NCBI GenBank assembly: GCA_965117045.1
Contig: OZ220749.1
Span: 1,288,143-1,352,142 of the forward strand
Direction of reading: 5' to 3'
From: a bacterium
Lineage (GTDB): Bacteria > JAAXHH01
Length of the DNA: 64,000 nt
A program made the position numbers and the translations under genes. This document shows, in pieces, positions 10,683 through 20,845 of the stretch (its first letter is position 1; every line of letters begins with the position of its first letter). Under the pieces are notes generated by a model. That model saw nothing but the letters and a program-made list of their open reading frames with translations. It was not told the DNA's origin and did no database searches.

Positions 10683-11873
10683 ATGTCACTGACTGCAGAC
10701 GTGCGGGCCATGCTGCCCGACCTGGACGGATACGCCTATTTTCAGACCAGCGGGTTTTCCCCGAAACTGAACCCCGTCGTCGATGAGACTGTCCGCTGGC
10801 TGAAGTTCCAAAGCCGCGGTCCAGCCCTGCCCTTTGTCACCCGGCGGATCGAGGAACTGAAGCGGGATATCAGGGGGAATGTCGCCCGTACCGTCAATGC
10901 CACGCCGGAAGAGATCGTCATGACGGAAAACACCACGATCGGCATCAACATCGTGGCCAACGGTATCGACTGGAAACCGGGAGACAACGTACTGCTCACC
11001 ACCCACGAGCATCCGGGCAACCGGCTGACCTGGTACAACCTGACCGGACGGTACGACGTGGAACTCCGGTTCGCGCCGATGTACAACGACCTCGGCAGAA
11101 CACTCGAAGAGATGGATCGCCTGATCGACGGCCGCACGCGGCTCGTCAGCGTCAGCCACGTCTCGAGACGCACCGGCCTGCGCCTGCCGGGCCGGGCAGT
11201 CTGCGACCTGGCCCACGGGAAAGACACGCCTGTCCTATTCGACGGCGCGCAATCCTTCGGGGCCATACCGATCGACGTACGGGCGCTGGACTGCGACTTC
11301 TACAGCTTCTGCGGTCATAAGTACACCATGGCGCCGCAGGGCACCGGGGGGCTTTTCATCCGCAGGGACCGGATCGATTGGCTCAAGCCGAGCTGGATCG
11401 GGTCGCACTCGCAGAAATCCTTCGACCAGGAAGGCCACATGGACCTGCACGACGAAGCCCGGCGTTTCGAGTTCGCCACGCGGAGCGTGCCGGATCAGGC
11501 CGGTTTCGGTAAGGCCCTGGAGATCTGGGAAGGGCTCGGTTGGGAGGTAGTCTTCGCCGGCATCGCGGCATACACGGACCGGTTGAAGGCCGCGTTGCTG
11601 GAAATCCCTGGGCTGGTGCTGGAAACGCCGTCGTCCTACGACGACGCATCGGGCATCGTTACTTTCCACGTACCCGGGCTGGAGGCGGGTCCCCTGTCGG
11701 AGAGCCTGCAGCAGCACGAGAAAGTGCTGGTTTCCCCCCTCGAATTCGCGGAGGAAAGCACCCGCGTTTCGACCCACGTGTTTAACTCGGACGAGGACCT
11801 GGAGCGGCTGACGTCGGGGATCCGGAGGGTGCAGCGCGACGGATTGGACACGACGAACCAGGCCGGGACCTGA
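10683..11873 (+). CDS. Class V PLP-dependent aminotransferase-fold enzyme
   Basis: FDGAQS, CGHKY (PLP Lys), RRFEFAT, RVSTHVFN. Confidence 0.88.
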   Translation: MSLTADVRAMLPDLDGYAYFQTSGFSPKLNPVVDETVRWLKFQSRGPALPFVTRRIEELKRDIRGNVARTVNATPEEIVMTENTTIGINIVANGIDWKPGDNVLLTTHEHPGNRLTWYNLTGRYDVELRFAPMYNDLGRTLEEMDRLIDGRTRLVSVSHVSRRTGLRLPGRAVCDLAHGKDTPVLFDGAQSFGAIPIDVRALDCDFYSFCGHKYTMAPQGTGGLFIRRDRIDWLKPSWIGSHSQKSFDQEGHMDLHDEARRFEFATRSVPDQAGFGKALEIWEGLGWEVVFAGIAAYTDRLKAALLEIPGLVLETPSSYDDASGIVTFHVPGLEAGPLSESLQQHEKVLVSPLEFAEESTRVSTHVFNSDEDLERLTSGIRRVQRDGLDTTNQAGT

Positions 11874-11887
11874 CCGGCTGAAATCTC

Positions 11888-12982
11888 CTACCTGAACCAG
11901 TCGTAGTTGAGACCCAGTGAACGATCCTCCAGGGGCAGGTCGACGCGCACGCCGCCCTTTGCCGAGGAAAGTTTCAGGGCGATTTCCACCTCCAGGGCGA
12001 CGGCGACCCTGCGGCCTGAATTCTTGGGTTCGTCCAGTTTCCCCGCCAGGCAGTCCATCACGTCGTTCAGCGAATACACCCCGCCGTATGGGATCACGAA
12101 CTGGGGACCGGGCCAGGGCAATTCGACCCGGTAGGATCGGCCCTCCACCTCCATGACCTCCCATCGCTGCCACGCCGTAGGAAACTCGAAGGTCATCTCG
12201 CCCTTGTCTCCCTGGAGCCGCACGCCCGGCGCGCCTTTGCGGAAATGCACCACCAGGCCGCTTTCGGTCACCATCATGCCCTGGCCCTGGAACTCGTCGC
12301 TTCCCGACTCGCGGCGCGGCTCGTCGCCCGTGCCGATCACCCAGGCGGGCGGGCTGTCCAGGAAATAGGACCAGTTCTGATGCTGCGCGAAGGGACCATG
12401 GGCCTCGATGGACACCAGGTCGCCGATTGCGCCGTCGCGTATGAGTTGGCTGGCGCGGCCGAAGGACGGGTGGGTGGTGGTGATCGCGCCGCAGCTCAAG
12501 GGTACTCCGGCCTCCTCGCAGGTCCGCACCATCCGGTCCGTTTCTTCGAGGGTATGGGCCATGGGTTTCTCGGTGAAAATGCCCTTCGCGCCATGGTGTA
12601 CGGCGAGACAGGTGAGATCGGCGCGATGTTTGGTGTTCGTCGCAACGGCGACGATATCCGGCTTTTCAATGGCCAGCATATCCCCTGCGTCGTCGTAGAT
12701 GGAGACGATGCCGTACCGTTCCCGGAAGGCGCGCAACCGTTTCACATCACGGTCCGCCGCCGCGACCAGTTCGACGTCCGGACGGTCCATAAGTGCTTCG
12801 GCATAGGTCGACGGCAGGCCCTCCGTACCCGGGTTTTCGTGGTAGTGGAACCGCCGGTGGACGTTCAATTCAGGGGTCGGACGATCGATATCATCCACGT
12901 CCCACACACCCGTCCTCTCCGCGAGATCATAGAGCATCCCCATCCAGCCCAGTCCGATGAGGCCTGCGCGGTACTTTGCCAC
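11888..12982 (-). CDS. Gfo/Idh/MocA-family oxidoreductase
   Basis: IGLGWMG Rossmann motif and EKPM. Confidence 0.88.
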   Translation of the reverse strand: MAKYRAGLIGLGWMGMLYDLAERTGVWDVDDIDRPTPELNVHRRFHYHENPGTEGLPSTYAEALMDRPDVELVAAADRDVKRLRAFRERYGIVSIYDDAGDMLAIEKPDIVAVATNTKHRADLTCLAVHHGAKGIFTEKPMAHTLEETDRMVRTCEEAGVPLSCGAITTTHPSFGRASQLIRDGAIGDLVSIEAHGPFAQHQNWSYFLDSPPAWVIGTGDEPRRESGSDEFQGQGMMVTESGLVVHFRKGAPGVRLQGDKGEMTFEFPTAWQRWEVMEVEGRSYRVELPWPGPQFVIPYGGVYSLNDVMDCLAGKLDEPKNSGRRVAVALEVEIALKLSSAKGGVRVDLPLEDRSLGLNYDWFR

Positions 12983-13011
12983 GAGATTCTCCTTCTTTTG
13001 TGCTCAATCGT

Positions 13012-13077
13012 TAAAACAGCAGCGGCATAACCAAACGCTCACCCTAAAACGGCAGCGGCACATCCAGACGCTCGCCC
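13012..13077. repeat. 33-nt tandem duplication of a gene 3' end including its stop codon
   Basis: taaaacagcagcggcataaccaaacgctcaccc / taaaacggcagcggcacatccagacgctcgccc. Confidence 0.85.
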
Positions 13078-14045
13078 ATTTCCCGTACGGTACGCTGTTC
13101 AATCTCGCCGAATCGGATCCCTTCTTCCCGGTGCAGAGCCAGGCGCCGTTCCTCTATCGCGCCGGGCAGCAAGGCCTCGTCATATCCGGGCATGGGCTCG
13201 TAGGTTTCCCTTACGTCCCGAACGAAACGATCGACTTCCTTTCGAAAATCGCCTTCGGGAATCACGGTTTCGGTGTGTACGGCCAACACCATGCCGCCGT
13301 GATTTGCGCCGGGCCATCGCGCCTGCACTTCGTCCGCCTCAGGCAGCGCGGCGCCGGCCAGCGCGCATCCCATGACCGTGGCGACCGCCCCGTAACCGAT
13401 GCTCTTGAAGAAGGCGGCCGGTATGCGGGACAGGAGGTCGTCGAATTCGGGCGAATGCTGGTAATCGGCCAGGATGCGCGTGGCCACGTCCTGCACGATG
13501 GGCGGTTCGTCGCCCGCCGGAATCCCGAAACACAGCGGGGGATTGCCGAAATAGCCGATCTGGGGTTTGGGGTCCAGGTCCCTGGCGTCTCCCATGTTCC
13601 GGTATCCCTGGACCGAGAATCCTATACAGCCCGATTCCATGCACATGCGGGTGTAATGGCCTGCCGATCCGTAATGCCCGATATGGCGGGCCAGTCCCAT
13701 GCCTAATCCGGTTTCCCGGGCTTTGGCGACGGCCTTTTCCGTCGCTTCCACCATGGGCCAGTAACCGAGCGTGCCGTCGCCGTCCACGATGACGGAAGTG
13801 GGCGATTCGCCGATGACCCGCACATCCGGTCGTGGATTGTGATGCCCCTCGGCGAATGACCGCGTATAGCCGGAGGCGGCCCGGACGCCGTGGCTGCGAA
13901 CGCCACGCAGATCGGAATTAACCAGCAGGCGGCTGATGATCGAGGCATGGTGGCTGGACAGGCCCGCCTTCTCGAAACAGGCCGTCGTGAAAGCCAGCAG
14001 GGATGTTTCATCGACATGGATGTATGCTTCCGGCGGTCGATTCAT
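13044..14045 (-). CDS. Ldh_2-family (malate/L-lactate/ureidoglycolate-type) oxidoreductase
   Basis: SDLRGVRSHG, VDGDGTLG, GHYGSAGHY, GNPP; start placed at MNRPP after an SD. Confidence 0.88.
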   Translation of the reverse strand: MNRPPEAYIHVDETSLLAFTTACFEKAGLSSHHASIISRLLVNSDLRGVRSHGVRAASGYTRSFAEGHHNPRPDVRVIGESPTSVIVDGDGTLGYWPMVEATEKAVAKARETGLGMGLARHIGHYGSAGHYTRMCMESGCIGFSVQGYRNMGDARDLDPKPQIGYFGNPPLCFGIPAGDEPPIVQDVATRILADYQHSPEFDDLLSRIPAAFFKSIGYGAVATVMGCALAGAALPEADEVQARWPGANHGGMVLAVHTETVIPEGDFRKEVDRFVRDVRETYEPMPGYDEALLPGAIEERRLALHREEGIRFGEIEQRTVREMGERLDVPLPF

Positions 14046-14086
14046 CGATGGTTCCTTTGTATTTGAAATGGACAAACGGGTACGTA

Positions 14087-14812
14087 TCAGACCACCATGG
14101 GCGTCTGGAGCACGGTCAGGCCCATGTCGATGTACTTCTGCCGGTCGGAGGGATTCAGGAGCGCCAGGCTTACGGCGACGGACGTTCCTTCCATTTCCCG
14201 GGCAACGTGCTGAACGCAGTCGTCGACGGTCCGGAAAGGCGGGTTCCGGTACCGTTCAATGTCGTACATGAGGTCGTTGGGACCGAAGGTGAGGACATCG
14301 ACGCCTTCCAGGGCCAGATTCCGGCAATTGATGACGGCGTCGACCGATTCGAGTTGCAGCCACAGGACGCCGGTGTCGTTCCACCACGCCGCGTACTCGA
14401 GGCGGTCGGAACGGCCGGCGATGCCGTGGCGCGCGCTCCCGCCCCAGCTTCTTCCCCCGAACTGCGGATAGTAGAAGAAATGGACCGCCTCGCGCACGGT
14501 GGATTCCTGCCTGACTTCGGGTACGAGGATACCCGCGGGACCCAGATCCAGGTAGTTCCCGATCAGGTAGGTGTGGCGGGTATGCTTGATGCGCAGGATC
14601 ACCGGCACGCCCAACGCCTCGGCGGTAGCACAGAAGGACACGATCCGGTCCTCGCTCTGGGGGCCGTGCTGGCAGTCCACGTTGAAGAAATCGATATCGC
14701 CCTGTAGAAGATAACGTTCCAGGTCCTCCCGGCCGGAATCCATGGATACGCCCAGGCCGGTCACGATTTCGCCGCTGCGAATGCGGTGTTTCAATGAGAT
14801 TGGCTGGACCAT
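14087..14812 (-). CDS. HpcH/HpaI-family aldolase
   Basis: VDCQHGP, LDLGPAGILVP, YPQFGGRSWG, QLES, FGPNDL; start at MVQPISLK after GAGG. Confidence 0.88.
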   Translation of the reverse strand: MVQPISLKHRIRSGEIVTGLGVSMDSGREDLERYLLQGDIDFFNVDCQHGPQSEDRIVSFCATAEALGVPVILRIKHTRHTYLIGNYLDLGPAGILVPEVRQESTVREAVHFFYYPQFGGRSWGGSARHGIAGRSDRLEYAAWWNDTGVLWLQLESVDAVINCRNLALEGVDVLTFGPNDLMYDIERYRNPPFRTVDDCVQHVAREMEGTSVAVSLALLNPSDRQKYIDMGLTVLQTPMVV

Positions 14813-14835
14813 GACGGAACGCGCCCTCCTCTCCT

Positions 14836-15579
14836 TTAACATTTCGTCAGTACCTGAAGTTGCACCGGTGTGTCTACACGTATAACCGCCGAGGGATGAC
14901 GCCTCAAGGTTTGTTCGAGGAGGCGCCGGTCCGCTGCGGGTATGTGCGCCTTGTCCCACCACATGGCCCGGCACCGGTCGAACAGCGCCAGGCTATCGAA
15001 GTAATGCCGGAAAACGAAAACGATGCGCGCACCCGCCACGAGTTCTCTGCGGGCGACCGCATCGGCCACCACCCGGTCCGCGAAATGAAAGTCGACGTAT
15101 TCACGGGCCAGCGTGGCCACCAGGTTCACCTCATGCGCGACCTGGCAGTACACCTGCTGCCTCGCGTTCCGGCGATTACCCAGGCTGGCCGGGAAATACG
15201 GACGGATGTCGACGACCCGGCCTCCGGGCTTCAGTACGCGACAGGCTTCGTGAAGGGCATGCCCCATGCCCTCTTGTTGCACTCATCACAACGACCACGA
15301 GAACAGGGCCAGGTCGAAACTCCGGTCGCGAAAGGGCAGGCGGGACGCGTCGGCCACGGCGAAGCGCGCGATGCCGTCCAACCGCTTTCGGGCATGGGCG
15401 CGTCCGATGTCGTCCCCGGCCTGGTCGACCCCGGCGATCGAATCGATCCATCCCCTGATCCGGTTCGACAACCGGCCGTCGCCGCAGCCGATGTCGAGGA
15501 CGCGCGCACCGTCAAACGGCACGTGCCGCCGGAGTATCCGCGTTTCCCGCCGTTCCGGGTCTACTCGAACACCTTTCAT
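14836..15579 (-). CDS. Class I SAM-dependent methyltransferase, 247 aa, with two consecutive in-frame UGA codons (putative Sec98-Sec99); joins track ORFs 15286..15579 and 14836..15282
   Basis: VLDIGCGDG, ADASRLPFRDRSFDLALFSWSL-TGA-TGA-VQQEGMGHALHEACRVLKPGG in a single frame; the fold is complete only if both UGAs are read through; hairpin follows. Confidence 0.8.
15253..15273 (-). promoter_or_regulatory. Putative bacterial SECIS hairpin
   Basis: mRNA GAGGGCAUG-GGG-CAUGCCCUU (8 Watson-Crick pairs plus G-U, G-rich loop), starting 9 nt after the second UGA. Confidence 0.65.
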
Positions 15580-15657
15580 GGTGCACTCCCGCCTTTCTTA
15601 CGTCACGCCCACTGCTAATGATACCTGGCCGGGTTGGATATCAGCCCGGGCCGGATA

Positions 15658-16662
15658 TCAGGCCGGTCCGGCCACCTCTTCGATCTCCACCCAGCCGCCG
15701 GTTTCCTTCGACCGCTCTATGGCCAGTCCCGTGAGGTACAGCCCCGCGGCCATCCTGCCGTCGGTGCGGTTCGGCGTACCCTTTTCCACGGCGTCCAGGA
15801 AATCGGCGACACTCTCCGCCTCGCCGGGCCAACCGCCGACCACCGGCCTCGCGGGCTCAACGTGGATCGTTTCGCCCTCCGGATCGGACTTGCTGCGCAG
15901 TTTTATCGTGTTGCGAAAATAGTCGACGAGCAGGTCGCCCTCGTCGCCGGCCACGTCGATCGCGGTCTCCAGCGTATCGACCGAATCGATGTTCAGGTGG
16001 ATCGTGCCCCAGAGGCCGCCGTAGTCGAATTGGACCAGGCTGTGGAACTGTCGCCGGCCCGCCTGACCGTGGCCGTCCATGACGAGTACCCGATCGGGCG
16101 AACGGCCGATGATGCTGTTCAGCCCGTCCACGTACCAGGGTCCGAGGTGGTGGGCGAGGCACAGGTCCGGGCCGCCGAATCCCGCCCAGTTGCTCCGCAG
16201 TTTCAGGTGGACGGTCTGCGGCGCGCCGACCGCGCCCGTCCGCAACAGTTCCGCGGCGCGGTGGATGACGGAAGCATAGCCGATTTCGAGGTCGCCGTGG
16301 GTGACCTGGCCGGCTTCGATCAGCCGCGCAAGCATCCTTCGTATGCCGCCGGGGTGGCCGGCGAGCGGTGGTTCATAGTAGGCGGCGACCCCCGCGTCGA
16401 GGACGGCGTCCATGGCCTCCTCGTGGATGGCGTCGGGTATGGCCATCATGACGGCGTCGAGTTCGGGGCCGTCCAGCAATTCCTCGAAGCCACCGCAGAC
16501 CTCCACATCCGGTCCCAGCTCCTCGCGGATGCGTTCCTTGGACGCCTCGCTGAACGCCGCGGCGGACACGATCACCACCCGGTCGTGTTGCCGCAGGGCG
16601 GGTACGAAGGCTATGCGGGACCAACCGCCGTATCCGATCAGTCCAACGCGAATGTCGTTCAT
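15658..16662 (-). CDS. Gfo/Idh/MocA-family oxidoreductase
   Basis: IGYGGWS Rossmann motif and family architecture; the EKP motif is altered to EPP. Confidence 0.85.
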   Translation of the reverse strand: MNDIRVGLIGYGGWSRIAFVPALRQHDRVVIVSAAAFSEASKERIREELGPDVEVCGGFEELLDGPELDAVMMAIPDAIHEEAMDAVLDAGVAAYYEPPLAGHPGGIRRMLARLIEAGQVTHGDLEIGYASVIHRAAELLRTGAVGAPQTVHLKLRSNWAGFGGPDLCLAHHLGPWYVDGLNSIIGRSPDRVLVMDGHGQAGRRQFHSLVQFDYGGLWGTIHLNIDSVDTLETAIDVAGDEGDLLVDYFRNTIKLRSKSDPEGETIHVEPARPVVGGWPGEAESVADFLDAVEKGTPNRTDGRMAAGLYLTGLAIERSKETGGWVEIEEVAGPA

Positions 16663-16782
16663 AAATACGTCTTTCGCAGGGTTACTTAACGTTTCACTAC
16701 AGGCCGGTATCGAAGTATATTAGGACAATGAAAATCGCCCTGGATCGGTATGGCAAGCACTAAGTAGTCCGGAGACTCCGGC

Positions 16783-17553
16783 TTGAGACCCCTTTATCTG
16801 CTCTTTCTCCTGCCCCTGGCGCTGGCGTCCGGTCATTCAGCGGCCCAGGTGAACATCGAAGCGCTGCGCCGGGATGCGGGTTCCGCCGGCTTCTCGGGCG
16901 CCCTGGCCCTGAACCTGGAGATGCATACGGGGAATACGGATCTGAAGGAGATCGGACTGGAAGGACGGCTGGACTTCAATCATCCGACTGTGAATACGTT
17001 CATGCTGGCCCGAAACGACTTCGGCTGGGAACAGGGCGAGCGTTTCGCCGATGAAGGACTGATCCACTTCCGCCAGCACTACCCACTGCATGGGCGGTTC
17101 GGCATCGAAGCGTTCACCCAGTACAATTACGATACGACCTATCGGCTTGACGCCCGCGTACTGGCCGGCGGAGGGCTTCGATTCCACCTGGTCGAGTCCG
17201 GGGCTTTCCAGCTGTGGGAAGGCGCCTCGGCCTTCGTGGAACACGAGCGGTTGAGCGAATTGATGCCAGCGGACGACCATCCCGACAACGCGACCGTCGT
17301 CCGCTGGAGCCACTACCTTTCATCGCGAGTCGCCGTCAGTGACCGTGTCGTGTCCACGTGCACGGTGTATTTCCAACCGCTGTGGAATGAGATCGGCGAC
17401 ACCCGCATCCTCGGCGAGCTCAACCTGGAGATCGACCTGGCCGGACCGCTCGTGCTGGCCCTGAATTTCGTCACGCGCTACGACAGCCGACCGCCAGAAG
17501 GCGTCAGCAAGCTGGATACGGTGCTGGAGAACGGTTTGGCCGTGACCTTTTAG
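16783..17553 (+). CDS. DUF481-like outer-membrane beta-barrel protein
   Basis: Signal peptide, QVNIE and TGNT motifs, amphipathic strands, C-terminal Phe. Confidence 0.8.
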   Translation: MRPLYLLFLLPLALASGHSAAQVNIEALRRDAGSAGFSGALALNLEMHTGNTDLKEIGLEGRLDFNHPTVNTFMLARNDFGWEQGERFADEGLIHFRQHYPLHGRFGIEAFTQYNYDTTYRLDARVLAGGGLRFHLVESGAFQLWEGASAFVEHERLSELMPADDHPDNATVVRWSHYLSSRVAVSDRVVSTCTVYFQPLWNEIGDTRILGELNLEIDLAGPLVLALNFVTRYDSRPPEGVSKLDTVLENGLAVTF

Positions 17554-17627
17554 AAAAAAGTATGTGATCAAGGGTTTAAACCAGGGCGCGCAGCCTTGGA
17601 ACGGCCCAAGAAGAGGAGAACAGGAAA

Positions 17628-18380
17628 ATGGAGTTTAACGACCGGGTAAAGCAGGATTTCGACCGTGACGGCTTCGTGCTGCTCAAGGGGTATCTGTCTT
17701 CGGCGGAAGCGGCCGAGATCAACAGCAACATCGACCGGTTCATCGAAGAGGTGCTTCCGGGAGCGCCGGATACGACGGCCTTCTACGAAGACAAAGAGGA
17801 TCCGTCGTCCATCAAGCGATTGCAGAACATGGCCGAACTGGACCCGTACTTCGACGGGCTGTTCGGGTCCTACAACTTTGCCGACCTGGCGGGATTCCTG
17901 CTCGCGGACGACGTGCTTCCCAAGAATCCGCAGTGGTTCAACAAGCCGGCCAGGGTGGGCGAGGTTACCCCGCCTCACCAGGACGGCTTCTATTTCATGC
18001 TGGAACCCAACGAGGCCGTGACCCTGTGGATCGCCCTGGATGAGATCGACGAGGAAAACGGATGCATGCGTTACGTGCAGGGATCGCACCGGCGGGGCAT
18101 GCGTCCCCACCGGACGTCCAACATACTCGGGTTCTCACAGGGGATACCCGATTTCTCCGACGAGGACAGGGAACGGGAAGTGGCCATGCGCGCCAGACCG
18201 GGCGACGTCTTCGCCCATCACAGCATGATCATTCACCGGGCGGACGCGAACCGGTCCGACCGCCGCCGCGCCGCCCTTGGACTGGTGTATTTCGCGGCCC
18301 GAGCCAGGAAAGACGAAGAACGGGCCGAACGCTATCGCCATGAACTCTTCGCCAGGTGGGAAAAGGAAGGCAAACTCTAG
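17628..18380 (+). CDS. Phytanoyl-CoA dioxygenase (PhyH) family Fe(II)/2OG oxygenase
   Basis: FDRDGFV, TPPHQD (HxD), WIALD..ENGCM, IIHRADANRSDRRR. Confidence 0.92.
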   Translation: MEFNDRVKQDFDRDGFVLLKGYLSSAEAAEINSNIDRFIEEVLPGAPDTTAFYEDKEDPSSIKRLQNMAELDPYFDGLFGSYNFADLAGFLLADDVLPKNPQWFNKPARVGEVTPPHQDGFYFMLEPNEAVTLWIALDEIDEENGCMRYVQGSHRRGMRPHRTSNILGFSQGIPDFSDEDREREVAMRARPGDVFAHHSMIIHRADANRSDRRRAALGLVYFAARARKDEERAERYRHELFARWEKEGKL

Positions 18381-18468
18381 CGAGCGACGGGACTGCAACA
18401 ACCGAACCGCAGTTCCTCGTTATTTCTCGCTGTTCCTCTCCACTGCGCGCTAGTCCTTGCGTTCCTCG

Positions 18469-19029
18469 CTACCCGTTGCGTTCCGCATCGCGGTCCTCGG
18501 CAAGCTGCACGCCCCAAAGGTGCATGGTATTGACCGGCTTGCCCTGCAGTTTCAGGTAGTAGAACAACTGCCCCTTGTGCTGGACCAGGTGCTGCACCAT
18601 CTCAAGCATGCGATGGCCAAGCACCGGAGTGGAAGGGTCCCACGGCGCTGGGGCAGGTTCGTTCTGCATCCTTTCCTCACCGGCCAGTTTGAGCATTTCG
18701 AATGCCAGGTCCCGATCCGCCGCGAGCTTTTCCTTCGCTTCGGCTACCGAGGCGACCGTGGGCATTGCTTCGGCCGGGGGCAGACTATCCCCGGATCCCA
18801 TGTCTTCCATGCTGACGTCTTCGGGCAAACCGAAGTCGCCGGTTACGAATCCCTTGATCGCCATACCGCAAGCTTCACCCACGTGAAAAAGCAGCTGGCC
18901 CGTCGTCATCCAGTTGTCGCCCGACGATGGTTTCCAGTCGAGATCCTTGTCCTCGACGAGATCCATCAATCCGTCTGCCGCATGGTAGGTGTAATTCAGT
19001 TCATGGGTCAAGATGTCGGTCCAGTTCAT
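18469..19029 (-). CDS. DinB/YfiT-superfamily protein
   Basis: LDWKP..MTTGQLLFH and C-terminal HLVQHKGQLFYYLK (His triad). Confidence 0.85.
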   Translation of the reverse strand: MNWTDILTHELNYTYHAADGLMDLVEDKDLDWKPSSGDNWMTTGQLLFHVGEACGMAIKGFVTGDFGLPEDVSMEDMGSGDSLPPAEAMPTVASVAEAKEKLAADRDLAFEMLKLAGEERMQNEPAPAPWDPSTPVLGHRMLEMVQHLVQHKGQLFYYLKLQGKPVNTMHLWGVQLAEDRDAERNG

Positions 19030-19092
19030 GTTTTCTCCTTATCATCGGCCACCATGGCCGATTGCTGCCGTTTTCCAAACTGCAAAATCCGA

Positions 19093-19497
19093 TCAGGGCG
19101 TGGACTGCCAGGCACCTTCATTCAGCTCCACAAGCGCGATATAGTTGCCGCAGGTATCGTCGAAAACGGCCTGGACGCCGAAGTCCTGTTTCGTCGGGTC
19201 CACGCTGAACCGGACCCCCAGCTTCTTCAGCCGCTCGTACTCGGAAGCGATGTCGTCCACGGAGAACACGATGGACGGCATCCCCGAGTCATAGAGTTCC
19301 TGGTGGTAGACCTGGGACCACTCGGTACCTTTGGGTTCGAGCAGGAGCGTCGTGCCGTCGGGTTCCTCGGGAGAAGCCACGATGGCGAGACTGGCCTCGG
19401 GCACGAACATGATCTCCTTGAAGCCCAGGATCTTCGTGTAGAACTCGTGCGCCTCGAGGGGATCGTTTACGAAGACGCCCGTCATTTCGATTCGCAT
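19093..19497 (-). CDS. VOC/glyoxalase-family protein
   Basis: FYTKILGF and VFDDTCGNYIALVE. Confidence 0.9.
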   Translation of the reverse strand: MRIEMTGVFVNDPLEAHEFYTKILGFKEIMFVPEASLAIVASPEEPDGTTLLLEPKGTEWSQVYHQELYDSGMPSIVFSVDDIASEYERLKKLGVRFSVDPTKQDFGVQAVFDDTCGNYIALVELNEGAWQSTP

Positions 19498-19641
19498 TTT
19501 CTTCCTCCATGGATCCGTATCGTTTCAGGATGCCATATTCATTCGAGCACTTCAATCCGTGTGTTGGAAATGTACGCACGGCACGGGTTAAACGCCACGA
19601 ATTTCGGCTTATCCCGACTTGCCTTACAGGCGGGCGAAATG

Positions 19642-19670
19642 TTGACACACAGGGGTTCTGCGCCTACATT
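19642..19670 (+). promoter_or_regulatory. Sigma70-type promoter
   Basis: TTGACA-17 nt-TACATT upstream of the BNR-repeat gene. Confidence 0.6.
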
Positions 19671-19729
19671 ATCATCCAGTAATCCGGAGCCGGATCCCGG
19701 CGACTTGCATGCATGGAACAGGAGCGAAT

Positions 19730-20845
19730 ATGAGAACGGTCAGAGTGCTGGTGGGCACGCGGAAAGGCGCGTTTATTCTGTCATCGGACGGGGCGCGCAA
19801 GGACTGGGCTGTCGACGGCCCGCATTTCGGGGGTTGGGAGGTCTACCACATCAAGGGATCCAGGGTCGATCCGAATCGTCTTTACGCGGCCCAGGCCACC
19901 GGCTGGTTCGGGCAACTGGTGCAGAAATCGGACGACGGCGGCAAAAGCTGGAATCCGGTGAGCAACGAATTCGCCTTCGAGGGAGAGGTAGGGACCCATC
20001 TCGATTTCGACGACAACCCGCGTCCCTGGGCGTTCAAGCGGGTCTGGCACCTCGAGCCATCGCTTTCCGATCCGGAAACGGTGTACGCGGGCATCGAGGA
20101 CGCGGCGCTCTTCCACTCGACGGACGGAGGCGGGTCCTGGCAGGAACTGGCCGGGCTGAGGAACCACCCTTCAAGTTCGGGCTGGCATCCCGGCGCGGGC
20201 GGGCTCTGCCTGCACACCATTCTCCTCGATGAGGGCGACCCGAATCGAATGATCGTCGCCATTTCAGTGGCCGGCGCATTCCGGTCGCTGGACGGCGGCG
20301 CATCCTGGCAGCCGATCAACAAGGGCCTGCACTCCGACTACATGCCCGAACCCGAGGCCGAGGTGGGCCACTGCGTCCATCGACTCGCCATGCACCCATC
20401 CCATCCGGACGCGCTGTTCATGCAGAGCCACCGGAACATCATGCGCAGCGACAACGGGGGAGATTCCTGGGTCAATGTGAGCGGCAACCTGCCCAGCGAT
20501 TTCGGCTTCCCGATCAGCGTGCACGCCCACGAGCCCGAGACGATTTACGTCGTCCCGATGAAGGGCGACTCCGAGCATTACCCGGATGAAGGCCACCTGC
20601 GCGTCTACCGGAGCCGGACCGGCGGGAACGAATGGGAACCGCTGTCCACCGGGCTGCCGCAGAAAGACTGCTACGTCAACGTCCTGCGGGACGCCATGGA
20701 CGTGGATACGCTCGATGACTGCGGGATCTACTTCGGAACTTCGGGTGGCGCGGTCTACGTATCCCCCGACGGCGGAGACCAATGGAGCTCCATCGTGGAG
20801 AACCTTCCACCGGTAATGTCCGTCGAAGTCCAGACCCTCCCATGA
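19730..20845 (+). CDS. BNR/Asp-box repeat beta-propeller protein
   Basis: VLVGTRKG start and multiple SxDGGxxW Asp boxes. Confidence 0.9.
   Translation: MRTVRVLVGTRKGAFILSSDGARKDWAVDGPHFGGWEVYHIKGSRVDPNRLYAAQATGWFGQLVQKSDDGGKSWNPVSNEFAFEGEVGTHLDFDDNPRPWAFKRVWHLEPSLSDPETVYAGIEDAALFHSTDGGGSWQELAGLRNHPSSSGWHPGAGGLCLHTILLDEGDPNRMIVAISVAGAFRSLDGGASWQPINKGLHSDYMPEPEAEVGHCVHRLAMHPSHPDALFMQSHRNIMRSDNGGDSWVNVSGNLPSDFGFPISVHAHEPETIYVVPMKGDSEHYPDEGHLRVYRSRTGGNEWEPLSTGLPQKDCYVNVLRDAMDVDTLDDCGIYFGTSGGAVYVSPDGGDQWSSIVENLPPVMSVEVQTLP

Noticed and set aside
15283-15288. Alternative genetic code (UGA = Trp/Gly) as the explanation for in-frame UGAs
   Set aside because: Many genes here end properly at TGA, including ATGA overlaps, and Trp is encoded by TGG throughout.
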